NCBI GenBank assembly: GCA_964550085.1
Contig: CAZJXR010000001.1
Span: 13,027-77,026, forward strand
DNA: 64,000 bases
Reading direction: 5' to 3'
Origin: an uncultured Gemmatimonadota bacterium
GTDB taxonomy: Bacteria; Gemmatimonadota; Gemmatimonadetes; Palauibacterales; Palauibacteraceae
Below are positions 48,165-57,084 of the stretch, piece by piece (the stretch's first letter is position 1; every line of letters begins with the position of its first letter). The position numbers were made by a program, and so were the translations under genes. The notes below the pieces were generated by a model. It ran no database searches. It saw nothing but the letters and a program-made list of their open reading frames with translations, and was not told where the DNA came from.

Positions 48165-49529
48165 GTGCAAGCCGACACGACAGTCCTCGGCCGGTCCGTG
48201 CCGGCGACGTCCGACGAGGTCGCCCGGACGGCTGGCCGCACAGCTGCCGACAACACGGCTCGCGGCGCAGCGGGATCGCTGTCACTTCGGTTCAAGATGC
48301 TCAGCGGCCTCGCGATTCTACTGTTTCTGTCGCTCCTCGCATCGGCGTTCGTGACGGTCCTGTGGCTGCCACTGAGCGGACCATCGGGTGACCTCATGAC
48401 CGTGGTGGTCAGTCTCGCTTTCGTGTATGCCGCGGTACTGGTGTTCGCCGGAGACTATCTGCTGACGCGTCTGGTGCTCAGACCTGTGGAACAAGTCGTG
48501 GACGGAGTGGAGAAAATCGCGGCCGGAGACAAGGGGCATCGCCTGTCCGGGCGTGGCTCGCGTGAGATGCGCGGGCTGGCCACCACGGTGAACGCGATGG
48601 CGAGTCAGCTCCTGCTCAACCAGGAGAAGCTGGCCCGCAACGTGGAGTCGCTGAAAACGACCAATCGGGCGCTAAGCCAGACGAGGGCGGAGCTGGTGCA
48701 GGCGGAGAAACTCGCCACGGTCGGCATTCTGGCCGCCGGCATCGCACACGAGATCGGCAATCCGCTCGGCGCCATCCTCGGCTACCTCGAGCTCGCGCGA
48801 CGGGCGAACAATGCCGACGGATGGACCGACGACATCCGGGTCGAGGTGCAGCGAATCGATCGAATCATCAAAGCGTTGCACGACTACGCGCGTCCACGGA
48901 GCAGCACGCCGCGTCCCGTCGACGTCAACCGGACGGTCAGTGACACGGTGGAGCTGCTGGAGGTGCAGGGCAAGCTGAAAGGGATCGACGTGCGCCTCGC
49001 CCGCAGCGAACGGCTGGCACCGGTGCTCGCCGATCCCACGCAACTGCAACAGGTGCTGGTCAACTTGCTCCTGAACGCGTGTGATGCGCTGGCTCGAACG
49101 CCCGATGCCCGCATCGAGATGGAGACGAGCGAGGCGGTGTTCGATGCGGACGTCCAGGATGGTCCGACGCGGCGAGAGTCCGACCCCGCCGGGGTGGACT
49201 ATTCGCACCTCAGGCGGCTGCGAGATCTCCAGGCCGGGAGAGTGCACCTCCGCCTGGTGGATGGCGCTCCGATGGCCCGAATCGTGGTGGCCGATAACGG
49301 TCCAGGCATACCGGAAGCGCACTTGCAGCGAGTCTTCGAGCCCTTTTTTACCACCAAGGAACCGGGACGGGGCACCGGCCTGGGCCTCGCCGTCTCCGCC
49401 CGCCTGATCGAAGGAATGAACGGGATGATTCGGGCCGACAACCGGGCGCAGGGTGGTGCACGTTTCACTATTCAGCTCCCCATCTCGACGGAAAAGAACG
49501 CAAACTCAGCGGAGAAGAACGCGAAATGA
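48165..49529 (+). CDS. Sensor histidine kinase (HAMP-HisKA-HATPase; NtrB/AtoS-like)
   Basis: TM segments, a HAMP linker, H-box [18 protein letters not shown], and N/G1/G2 boxes ([23 protein letters not shown]). Start may be the internal ATG 48294 ([10 protein letters not shown]). Confidence 0.85.
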   Translation: MQADTTVLGRSVPATSDEVARTAGRTAADNTARGAAGSLSLRFKMLSGLAILLFLSLLASAFVTVLWLPLSGPSGDLMTVVVSLAFVYAAVLVFAGDYLLTRLVLRPVEQVVDGVEKIAAGDKGHRLSGRGSREMRGLATTVNAMASQLLLNQEKLARNVESLKTTNRALSQTRAELVQAEKLATVGILAAGIAHEIGNPLGAILGYLELARRANNADGWTDDIRVEVQRIDRIIKALHDYARPRSSTPRPVDVNRTVSDTVELLEVQGKLKGIDVRLARSERLAPVLADPTQLQQVLVNLLLNACDALARTPDARIEMETSEAVFDADVQDGPTRRESDPAGVDYSHLRRLRDLQAGRVHLRLVDGAPMARIVVADNGPGIPEAHLQRVFEPFFTTKEPGRGTGLGLAVSARLIEGMNGMIRADNRAQGGARFTIQLPISTEKNANSAEKNAK

Positions 49530-50890
49530 ACGTTCTGGTCATCGACGACGAGGCGGGCGTCCGCCGCACCGTTTCCCTCCTGCTGGAGGACGAAGGGTAC
49601 GCCGTGAACACGGCGGCCGATGGTCGGGAGGGGCTGAAAAAGGCACTCGACGATCCGACGGACCTCATTCTGTGCGATGTACGAATGCCGCAGATGGACG
49701 GCCTCAACTTTCTGGACGAGTACCGGAAGGAGGGGGGAGACGGCCTGGTCGTGATGATGACGGCGTACGGAAGCGAGGATCTGGCCGTGGAGGCGATGCA
49801 GCGGGGCGCCTACGACTACATCGCGAAGCCGTTCGCCCCTAACGAAGTGGTGCTGGTGCTCAAGAAGGCCGAGGAGCGCGAGAAGCTGTGGCGCGAGGTG
49901 GTCCGTCTGCGAGACCAGGTCAGCGCCGAGCGGCGCCATTCGGACATCGTGGCCAAGAGTGCCGGGATGAGCGCCGCCATCGACCTCGCCGACAAGGTCG
50001 CGCGTCATCGATCGACCGTGCTGATCACCGGTGCCAGCGGGACAGGGAAAGAGTTGATCGCGAGTCTCATCCACACCTCCTCCCCGCGCGCCGACGGCCC
50101 GTTCGTTCCGGTCAACTGTGGCGCGATTCCGGACAACCTGCTCGAGTCCGAGCTCTTCGGCCATGCCAAAGGGGCGTTCACCGGCGCGGCGGGCGCCCGG
50201 GCCGGTCTGTTCGAGGAAGCGAACGGGGGGACGCTGTTTCTGGATGAGATCGGCGAGCTCCCGCAAGCGCTGCAGGTGAAACTTCTGCGAGCTCTGCAGG
50301 AGGGAGAGATCCGTCGGGTCGGCGAGTCGAAGCCGCGCGAGGTGGACGTTCGAATTATCGCGGCGACCTCCCGGGACCTCGAGCGCGAGGTGCGCGAAGG
50401 TCGGTTCCGCTCCGACCTCTACTACCGCATCAACGTGGTTCACATCCACCTTCCGCCCCTGCAGCACCGGCCCGAGGATATCCCCCCCCTCGTCCGGCAT
50501 TTCGTGTCCAGGTTCAACAAGGCGCTCGGGCTCCAGATCACCGGCTTCGACCCGGCGGCAATGAAGCATCTGCTGGCCTACTCCTGGCCCGGCAATGTCC
50601 GTGAGTTGGAGAACGTCGTCGAACGGGCGATGGTGCTGGCGGACGGTCCGACCATGGATTCGGAGAAGCTGGCGGAGGCGATCCGGAATCCGGACTCCGC
50701 CTTCGGCCGGCCGGCCGAGAACCTGTCCGAGGACGAGCTGTCGGTCAAGAAGCGGACGGCCGAACTCGAGCGCCACCTGATCGCGCGAGCGCTCGAGGTG
50801 ACGGAGGGCAATCGGACCCGCGCTGCCTCGATCCTCGAGCTCAGCTACCGGGCGCTGCTGTATAAGATCCGGGAGTACGGACTGGGCTGA
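49526..50890 (+). CDS. Sigma54-dependent response regulator (REC + AAA+ activator + Fis-type HTH; NtrC family)
   Basis: REC (DLILCDVRMPQMDG), Walker A GASGTGKE, GAFTGA motif, ESELFGH, C-terminal HTH. ATGA overlap with the kinase gene. Confidence 0.9.
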   Translation: MNVLVIDDEAGVRRTVSLLLEDEGYAVNTAADGREGLKKALDDPTDLILCDVRMPQMDGLNFLDEYRKEGGDGLVVMMTAYGSEDLAVEAMQRGAYDYIAKPFAPNEVVLVLKKAEEREKLWREVVRLRDQVSAERRHSDIVAKSAGMSAAIDLADKVARHRSTVLITGASGTGKELIASLIHTSSPRADGPFVPVNCGAIPDNLLESELFGHAKGAFTGAAGARAGLFEEANGGTLFLDEIGELPQALQVKLLRALQEGEIRRVGESKPREVDVRIIAATSRDLEREVREGRFRSDLYYRINVVHIHLPPLQHRPEDIPPLVRHFVSRFNKALGLQITGFDPAAMKHLLAYSWPGNVRELENVVERAMVLADGPTMDSEKLAEAIRNPDSAFGRPAENLSEDELSVKKRTAELERHLIARALEVTEGNRTRAASILELSYRALLYKIREYGLG

Positions 50891-51309
50891 TCGGGGCGCC
50901 TTCGTCTCACCGGACGCCCTGCGGCGACCTGCGGCTGCGCTCCGCCGGACGTCCCGCACTGACCTCGGCTGCACCCCGCCGCCGCCGGCGAGCTGTGGGT
51001 GTGCCGCGACACCCATCACCCCGGGCCGCCTTCCCACTGGCGGCTATCCCGCCACCCCGCCGCGGTCTCACATCTGCACTTCGACCGCCCTCGACAGGGC
51101 GGGGCGACGCTCGGCCCGAAACGGCAACGAGAGGCGAGGCTCGGACCCAGGGTCCAATCATATAACGTGTTGTAGCAGTGGCAATTATGAGACAGTCGTC
51201 TCCTGTTGCCTCGGACGACGGTTGGCGGTAGTCAGTTCGTTACGTCGCGTCTACTGGCACCGGACCCGCGAGCGGGTCATCTTACGATCACTCCGGGGAC
51301 GCGATCGCA

Positions 51310-51325
51310 TGGCACCGGGCGTGCT
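51310..51325 (+). promoter_or_regulatory. Sigma54 (-24/-12) promoter candidate TGGCAC-N5-GTGCT upstream of the sugar transferase gene; a weaker second TGGCAC lies at 51255
   Basis: tggcaccgggcgtgct matches TGGCAC-N5-TTGC at 11 of 12 core positions with correct GG-N10-GC spacing, ~50 nt upstream of ATG 51376. The upstream copy tggcaccggacccgc sits at 51255-51269. Confidence 0.45.
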
Positions 51326-51375
51326 GTAGCGCGGGTTTTCTCGCGCGGCCCAGGATCCGCGGATGTGGAGACCAG

Positions 51376-52176
51376 ATGAGGCAGCGGTCAGGTTCCTATA
51401 AAAGACCGGACATCCGGTCGTTGTCGAGGCGGCTTCCCGATTTCCAACGGCTGGCTGCCCGCCCGGCGGGGCGGGAGGCCGATGAAGAGCTTGCCGATCG
51501 GGCGCACCGGCGACGCGAGCGGGCGATCCGGGCCTGCAACGTGGCGGTCGCCGCGGCGGCTCTGCTCCTGCTGTCGCCCCTCATCCTGTTGATCGCCATC
51601 CTCGTGCGCCTCGACTCACCGGGTCCGATCATCTACCGCCAGCTCCGGGTGGGCATCGACCGGCGGAACGGCGGCGACCCGACGATCGCCCGCAATCAGC
51701 TGCGCCGCTACGACCTGGGCGGGTGTCCGTTCATGATCTACAAGTTCCGGACGATGCGGGTGGATGCGGAGGACGACACGGGGCCCGTGTGGGCCCGCCC
51801 GGATGACGACCGCACGACGCGTGTAGGGCGGTGGCTGCGTCGCACGCGACTCGATGAGATCCCGCAGTTCTGGAATGTGCTGAGGGGGGACATGTCGGTC
51901 GTCGGCCCGCGTCCGGAACGCCCCAACTTCGTAGGCCGACTGCGCCGCGAGTTGGTCGATTATCCCGTGCGACACCGGGTGCGACCGGGCATCACGGGCT
52001 GGGCGCAGGTCAACAAGGGGTACGACCAGACGCTCGACGATGTGCGCGCGAAGCTGCATTACGATCTCGAGTACGTCCGCCGGCAATCCGTTTGGCTCGA
52101 CCTTCGGATCATGATGAAGACCGTGCCGGTGATGCTGGTGCGGCGACCCGACTCGCGCGAGGAGGACTCGGGGTGA
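51376..52176 (+). CDS. Bacterial sugar transferase (polyprenyl glycosylphosphotransferase, WbaP/EpsB small type)
   Basis: LDEIPQFWNVLRGDMSVVGPRPERP signature, single N-terminal TM. Confidence 0.9.
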   Translation: MRQRSGSYKRPDIRSLSRRLPDFQRLAARPAGREADEELADRAHRRRERAIRACNVAVAAAALLLLSPLILLIAILVRLDSPGPIIYRQLRVGIDRRNGGDPTIARNQLRRYDLGGCPFMIYKFRTMRVDAEDDTGPVWARPDDDRTTRVGRWLRRTRLDEIPQFWNVLRGDMSVVGPRPERPNFVGRLRRELVDYPVRHRVRPGITGWAQVNKGYDQTLDDVRAKLHYDLEYVRRQSVWLDLRIMMKTVPVMLVRRPDSREEDSG

Positions 52177-53180
52177 GATTCGCGGACACCGCGACCGGGG
52201 AGGCGACCCTCGACGCGAGCCGTGACTCGATCGACCGGGGAGCGGCGGAGGTGCGCGTGCTGCTGGCGAGCGGGCGTGACTGGTTCGCGTCCGCCTTGCA
52301 GGCGGTTCTCGAACCGGAGGGTTTTTCCTTCGTCCGGGTTCGCTCAGGTGAGGTGACACTTCGTGATGCGAGCCTCATCGACCCGGACATCGTGATCGTC
52401 GATGAGGGTCTGCCTGACATGAAGGCGGCCGACCTGTGCCGGGCGCTCTCGACCGGCGCCGCTTCCAGGAGTCTGCCCGTTTTGGTGTATTCCCCGAACT
52501 TCTGGCACGAGACGGAACAGGCGGAGGCGATGTGGGCCGGAGCCTGGGACATCATCCGGGAACCGGTCCGCTCGCGACTCGTGGTCGCCAAGCTCCGACG
52601 ACTGCTGGACATCAGCCGGCTGATCGAGACGAGCGAAGTCGGCTCGCTTTCGGATCACGTCACCGGCCTCTTCAACCTGGCCGGGCTCATGCGCGCCGTA
52701 GGCACACTCGGCGCCCTCGCCCGTCGCACGGGGGCCCCGCTCGCCTGCGCGGTGGTGGGGGCGACCGAAAAGCTCGACGGCGAGCGGCGGGAGCGACAGC
52801 GGGAGCAGATGACGGCTCTCTGTGCCCGAAACGTGCGCGGGTCCGACGTGTGCGCGTGGATCGACGGCCACGAGCTGGCCGTGGTTGCCTATGGAACGAA
52901 CGTGGAAGGCGCGGCCACCATGGTCCGCCGCCTGAACAGGATCGCCGCCGCCGAGGTCGGCAGCTCGGGCGCCTATCTGAGCGCGGGTATCGTGGAACTT
53001 CCGGCCTCGGGGTTTGTACCCGACCCGCGGCCGGCCGGGCGCCGGAACGGGGATACGGATGGGGAGGTGGTCTCGGTGGCGGAGAAGATCGCCAGCCTTT
53101 CCCGGTTTGCGGCCGCACAGAGCGCGCTGCGCCAGGCGCGCGCGGCGGGCGGCGGCATCCGGATCGCGGCCCTGTCCTGA
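52173..53180 (+). CDS. Response-regulator-like protein: REC domain plus degenerate GGDEF-like domain
   Basis: GTG 52173 overlaps the transferase stop (GTGA). REC-like N-terminus (VLLASGRDW...DIVIVDEGLPDMKAADLCRAL). C-terminal domain resembles GGDEF (SDHVTGLFNLAGLMRAV) but the GG(D/E)EF position reads DGHEL. Confidence 0.5.
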   Translation: MRFADTATGEATLDASRDSIDRGAAEVRVLLASGRDWFASALQAVLEPEGFSFVRVRSGEVTLRDASLIDPDIVIVDEGLPDMKAADLCRALSTGAASRSLPVLVYSPNFWHETEQAEAMWAGAWDIIREPVRSRLVVAKLRRLLDISRLIETSEVGSLSDHVTGLFNLAGLMRAVGTLGALARRTGAPLACAVVGATEKLDGERRERQREQMTALCARNVRGSDVCAWIDGHELAVVAYGTNVEGAATMVRRLNRIAAAEVGSSGAYLSAGIVELPASGFVPDPRPAGRRNGDTDGEVVSVAEKIASLSRFAAAQSALRQARAAGGGIRIAALS

Positions 53181-53312
53181 GCGCGCCCGGCCTTGGGCGG
53201 CGTCGGACTTGCGGCACGGTCCCGATAGCCTGCCGGCGGTGACGTTCCGACCCCGCCGCCAGTCGATTCGAACGAGAGAACGCGGGTCCCCTCAACCCCT
53301 CGCACGGGTCCA

Positions 53313-54929
53313 GTGGTTGCCGAGTCCGGAATGGGAATCAGTCGACTGGGGAAAGGCGTAGCCTGTCTGCTCGCTGCGGTGGCTCTTGTCGGAGCCTGCC
53401 GGGACGCGGGGAATCCCACCTCCGGCGGATCTCCCTCCGACGGGAACGGACCCCTCGATCCCGGCGGAGATCTGTCGGGACCATCCCTGACCCTCTCCTT
53501 CGCCACCTATCTGGGCGGCTCCGCAGAGGATGTCATCCGCGACGTGGTGACGGATCCGCAGGGCTTCATCTACGTGGCGGGGGGAACCGCGTCGCCCGAT
53601 TTCCCCGTCACCGCCGGCGCCTACGACCGGACCTTCAACAGCACCACCCCGGGCCTGCACGATGTGTTCGTCGCCAAGCTCGACCCGAGCGGAGCCCTGG
53701 TGTGGTCCACGTACATCGGCGGTCCGGGATACGACCGGGCGTACGGGATCGAGATCGATCGAAACGGCTATGTCTACGTCGCCGGCCGCGCCGGCGACGG
53801 CTTTCCCGTCACCCAGGGGGCGTTTCAGACGCAATTCGGCGGCAGTCCGGTGAGTCCGGAATACGGTCGCCAGGATGGTTTCGTCTGCAAGCTGGCACCG
53901 GATGGCGGATCGCTCGACTTCTGTAGCTACTTCGGCACATCGGACGATCGTATCGTCCGCGACCTGGCCGTCGACGCGAACGGCGACATCTATCTCGCCG
54001 CCTCGGTCGTCTCGGGCGCCTTCCCGGCCGAATGGTTCGCGTCGGCGTTCCAGCCTGCCGCCTCCGGAGGCATCGACCTGGTGGTGGCAAAAGTCGCCAC
54101 CGATGGCAGCGCCGTGCGGTGGGCGACCTATCTCGGCGGCGGCGGGGATGAGGCGAGCCAGCCCTCGATCCGCGTCGACTCGAGCGGACACGCCTACGTC
54201 ACCTCCTCCACCACCTCCGGTGACATGCCGACGCCCGGCGGCTTCGACCCGACCTACAACGGCGGCGCGGACATGTACGTGGCCAAGCTTACACCGGGAG
54301 GAGACGGCCTGGTGTACGGCACCTACCTCGGCGGCACCGACAAGGAGTACACGGAGACGCACGAGCTGGCGATCGATGCGCTCGGTCACGCGTACGTCGC
54401 CACCACTACGCTGTCGAGCGATTTTCCGGTTACCGGGACAGCGGTGCAGAAGGCGTACGGCGGGGCGGGAGGCTCCGGAACCGGCGGCGGAACGAACTAC
54501 AGCGGCGACATCTTCGTTGCCAAGATCTCGCCGAGCGGCGCCCAGCTCCTGAACAGCAGCTACGTGGGCGGCCGGTTCGGCGAAGGAGGAGAAGGGGTGG
54601 GGGTCGATGCGCTCGGGAACGTACTCATGAGCGGCGCCACCTTCTCGGACGATTTCCCCCTGTCGAGCAACGCGTCGCAGAAGAGAATCGGCGGCGCCGA
54701 GGATGCGGTGGCCGTGATGCTGTCGCCCGATCTGAGTACGATTCGGTTCTCGACCTACCTGGGCGGTAGCGGTCAGGATTGGGGGCGCACGCTCACGGTT
54801 GGATCCGACGGCAGCGTCCTCCTCGGCGGGGCCACCAGCTCGTTCGACCTGCCGACCCACAACGCCCGACAGCCGGGCTACGGCGGGGGGGCGTGGGACG
54901 GTTTTCTGGTCAAGCTCGCGCCGCGCTAG
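53313..54929 (+). CDS. SBBP (beta-propeller) repeat lipoprotein
   Basis: Lipobox LVGAC, then repeated ~50-aa units with Y(L/I)GG...D.G.AIAVD..GN.YV(A/T)G and DxFV(A/C)KL motifs. Confidence 0.65.
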   Translation: MVAESGMGISRLGKGVACLLAAVALVGACRDAGNPTSGGSPSDGNGPLDPGGDLSGPSLTLSFATYLGGSAEDVIRDVVTDPQGFIYVAGGTASPDFPVTAGAYDRTFNSTTPGLHDVFVAKLDPSGALVWSTYIGGPGYDRAYGIEIDRNGYVYVAGRAGDGFPVTQGAFQTQFGGSPVSPEYGRQDGFVCKLAPDGGSLDFCSYFGTSDDRIVRDLAVDANGDIYLAASVVSGAFPAEWFASAFQPAASGGIDLVVAKVATDGSAVRWATYLGGGGDEASQPSIRVDSSGHAYVTSSTTSGDMPTPGGFDPTYNGGADMYVAKLTPGGDGLVYGTYLGGTDKEYTETHELAIDALGHAYVATTTLSSDFPVTGTAVQKAYGGAGGSGTGGGTNYSGDIFVAKISPSGAQLLNSSYVGGRFGEGGEGVGVDALGNVLMSGATFSDDFPLSSNASQKRIGGAEDAVAVMLSPDLSTIRFSTYLGGSGQDWGRTLTVGSDGSVLLGGATSSFDLPTHNARQPGYGGGAWDGFLVKLAPR

Positions 54930-54993
54930 ACCGGTTCCGACACGAGCGCGCGCTCGCACTTCCGACCTCCCACCTCTTCGTTACCCGACGCCC

Positions 54994-56577
54994 ATGGCCC
55001 CCGCCTCCCCGCGCTCGATGTGGCACCACGTCCCGATGCCGGGTTCCGCAACCGACCTGGTGCTGGTCGCGGTGATGATCGTGGCGCTGTCGGGCTCGCC
55101 CGCTCGCGCCCAGCCGTCGCAGTCCGCCTCTGCACGGGGGGTCGATGTCCCGCTGGCCATCGTCGGCGCGTGGGTGATCACCGGGGTGGGTCCGACGCCC
55201 CTGCGCGACGCGGTGGTAGTGATGGCCGGTGAACGGTTCGCCTGCGTCGGAACCCGGGCGGAATGTCCGATCCCGTCGAATGCCCGGACGGTGGAGGCCT
55301 CCGGGCAGTGGCTCATGCCCGGCCTGATCGACACGCACGTGCACCTGTGGTGGGACTCCGCCGGCACGGCGATCGCGCAGCAGTGGAGGCTGGCGCACGG
55401 AATCACCAGCGTCCGTGAGATGGGCACGAACGGCGAGCTGCACGCCAATCTCGATGCGCGACGTGTGGCTCGCTCCGGCCGCGTCGCGACGCCGCGCCTG
55501 TTCGTGTCGGGACGGATGCCGCACGGCGGCGGCGATCTGGCGGTGGCCCTCGAGCGAACCGATCGGTTGATCGCGGCCGGCGTGGACGGGATCAAGATCA
55601 AGGACAGCGTGTCGATCGACGCTCTCCGGGCAGTGCTGGCCCGAGCGTATCTCTCGGGCATCCCGGTCTACGGTCACCTGTCGGGCATCGTTGGCGACTC
55701 GCTGCCCCTCTTCCTGACAGCCATAGACGCGGGGCTGGACGGAGTGGTCCATCTGTCCGACGCGCTCGGCTATCTGCTGCGCTCCGACCCGCACGACTTG
55801 CCACCGCCGACGGGTCACGGCGGAGATCTCGTGGCCCGCCGTCTTTTTTTCCGGGCCGTGTGGGCCCGGGTCGATCCCGCGAAACGCGACATCGTGATCG
55901 CGGCCATGGTGAAAGCTGGGGTGTGGCTGGAGCCGACCCTGCTCAGCGAGGAGTGGGCCCTCGTTCCGAGAACGGCGGCCGACGGCCCGGGCCCGGAGCT
56001 CGCCCTTCCGCCTGCAAACCCGGACGTCGGAGTGCCGGGGCGAGGGCGGCGCGGCCCATTGCCGGATCCCGACCCGGGAACCGAGGCCGGACGCGCCCGG
56101 CTGGCAATGGAGGATTTCGTCTTCCGCTTCGTCGCGGCCGGCGGCCGCGTGGTGACCGGCTCGGACAACGAGGCCGAGCCCGGCTTCGAGATCCACCGGG
56201 AGCTGGCGCTGCTCCAGGCCGCAGGTCTCCCGCCCGAGAGGGCGCTACGCGCCGCCACCCTCGATGCGGCACGCGCGATCGGCGTGGCCGACGAGCTGGG
56301 CTCGATCGAGCCGGGAAAACTCGCGGACGCCGTACTGCTGCGGAAGAATCCTCTGGACGACATCCACCACGTCAGTGAAGTGTCGCTGGTGATCAAAGGG
56401 GGCCACGTCTACGCCGCCGACGCGATCGCCGCGGCGGCCGATTCGGCCGCCGGCGCTCTGGCCGTGGCACGAGTGGACGATCGGCCGGAGGCGATCGGTC
56501 CGCGTCGAGCCCTCCTTCTCGTCACCCTCGTCAGCCTGTGTGCGCTGGCAACGCCGCTCGTGGTCGGGAAACGCTGA
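54994..56577 (+). CDS. Amidohydrolase-family (metal-dependent hydrolase) protein, exported
   Basis: Signal LVLVAVMIVALSGSPARAQ, GLIDTHVHLWWD metal-binding motif, C-terminal LVIKGGHVY. ATG 54994 inside track ORF 54799..56577. Confidence 0.7.
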   Translation: MAPASPRSMWHHVPMPGSATDLVLVAVMIVALSGSPARAQPSQSASARGVDVPLAIVGAWVITGVGPTPLRDAVVVMAGERFACVGTRAECPIPSNARTVEASGQWLMPGLIDTHVHLWWDSAGTAIAQQWRLAHGITSVREMGTNGELHANLDARRVARSGRVATPRLFVSGRMPHGGGDLAVALERTDRLIAAGVDGIKIKDSVSIDALRAVLARAYLSGIPVYGHLSGIVGDSLPLFLTAIDAGLDGVVHLSDALGYLLRSDPHDLPPPTGHGGDLVARRLFFRAVWARVDPAKRDIVIAAMVKAGVWLEPTLLSEEWALVPRTAADGPGPELALPPANPDVGVPGRGRRGPLPDPDPGTEAGRARLAMEDFVFRFVAAGGRVVTGSDNEAEPGFEIHRELALLQAAGLPPERALRAATLDAARAIGVADELGSIEPGKLADAVLLRKNPLDDIHHVSEVSLVIKGGHVYAADAIAAAADSAAGALAVARVDDRPEAIGPRRALLLVTLVSLCALATPLVVGKR

Positions 56578-56906
56578 CAGTCTGGGGCGAGGGCCCATCG
56601 GGCTGAGCGCTCTCTGATTCGCGCTTCCAGCCAGCAGCGACGACGCAGCCGGCAAGGCGCTGTGGACGCGGCGCGACAGTCCCCGGCGCGGGCGCAGGGG
56701 GTCGGGCCTGCCGGAGGGCGTATCTTGTTGCGATTACTGGGCATTGCGCCGATCGATCTGGCTGGTGTGCCGTTCGGCCCTATATTTGAACAGGCGGGGA
56801 CACATCGGTCAGGGCCCGACCCAGAGTCGCGTCGATAAGCCGTCGGCGAGGGACGGGCCTGCTGTTTGGCTTGGTTCGGGTGGAACACGAGGGAAAGGCG
56901 GCACGC

Positions 56907-57062
56907 ATGTACGTAGGTCCCGAGACTCTCATGCCGCTCGCATCGGCGCTGGCCGCCGTGGCGGGTGTATTGCTGCTCTTCTGGCGCCGTACGGTGGGAG
57001 CTGCTCGCTCGAGTTGGCAGTTCGTGACGCGCAAGGTCTCGGCCCTGTTTACGGACCGCTGA
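56907..57062 (+). CDS. Small (51 aa) membrane-anchored protein
   Basis: ATG 56907 after strong RBS GAGGGAAAGG. MYVGPETLMPLASALAAVAGVLLLFWRRTVGAARSSWQFVTRKVSALFTDR: PE(T) motif, TM helix, Arg cluster. Confidence 0.35.
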   Translation: MYVGPETLMPLASALAAVAGVLLLFWRRTVGAARSSWQFVTRKVSALFTDR

Positions 57063-57084
57063 TACACGCGCCCGCCGAAGGAGC

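Noticed and set aside
53292-54959. 555-aa reverse ORF opposite the SBBP-repeat gene, and 54910..56196 (-) opposite the amidohydrolase gene
   Set aside because: Shadow ORFs with no motifs. The forward frames carry clear signal peptides and conserved repeats.
56907-57062. PEP-CTERM sorting signal in the 51-aa ORF
   Set aside because: The PE(T)-TM-RR segment is at the N-terminus of a standalone peptide rather than at the C-terminus of a cargo protein, the motif reads PET rather than PEP, and no exosortase gene is in the window. Kept only as a small membrane protein.
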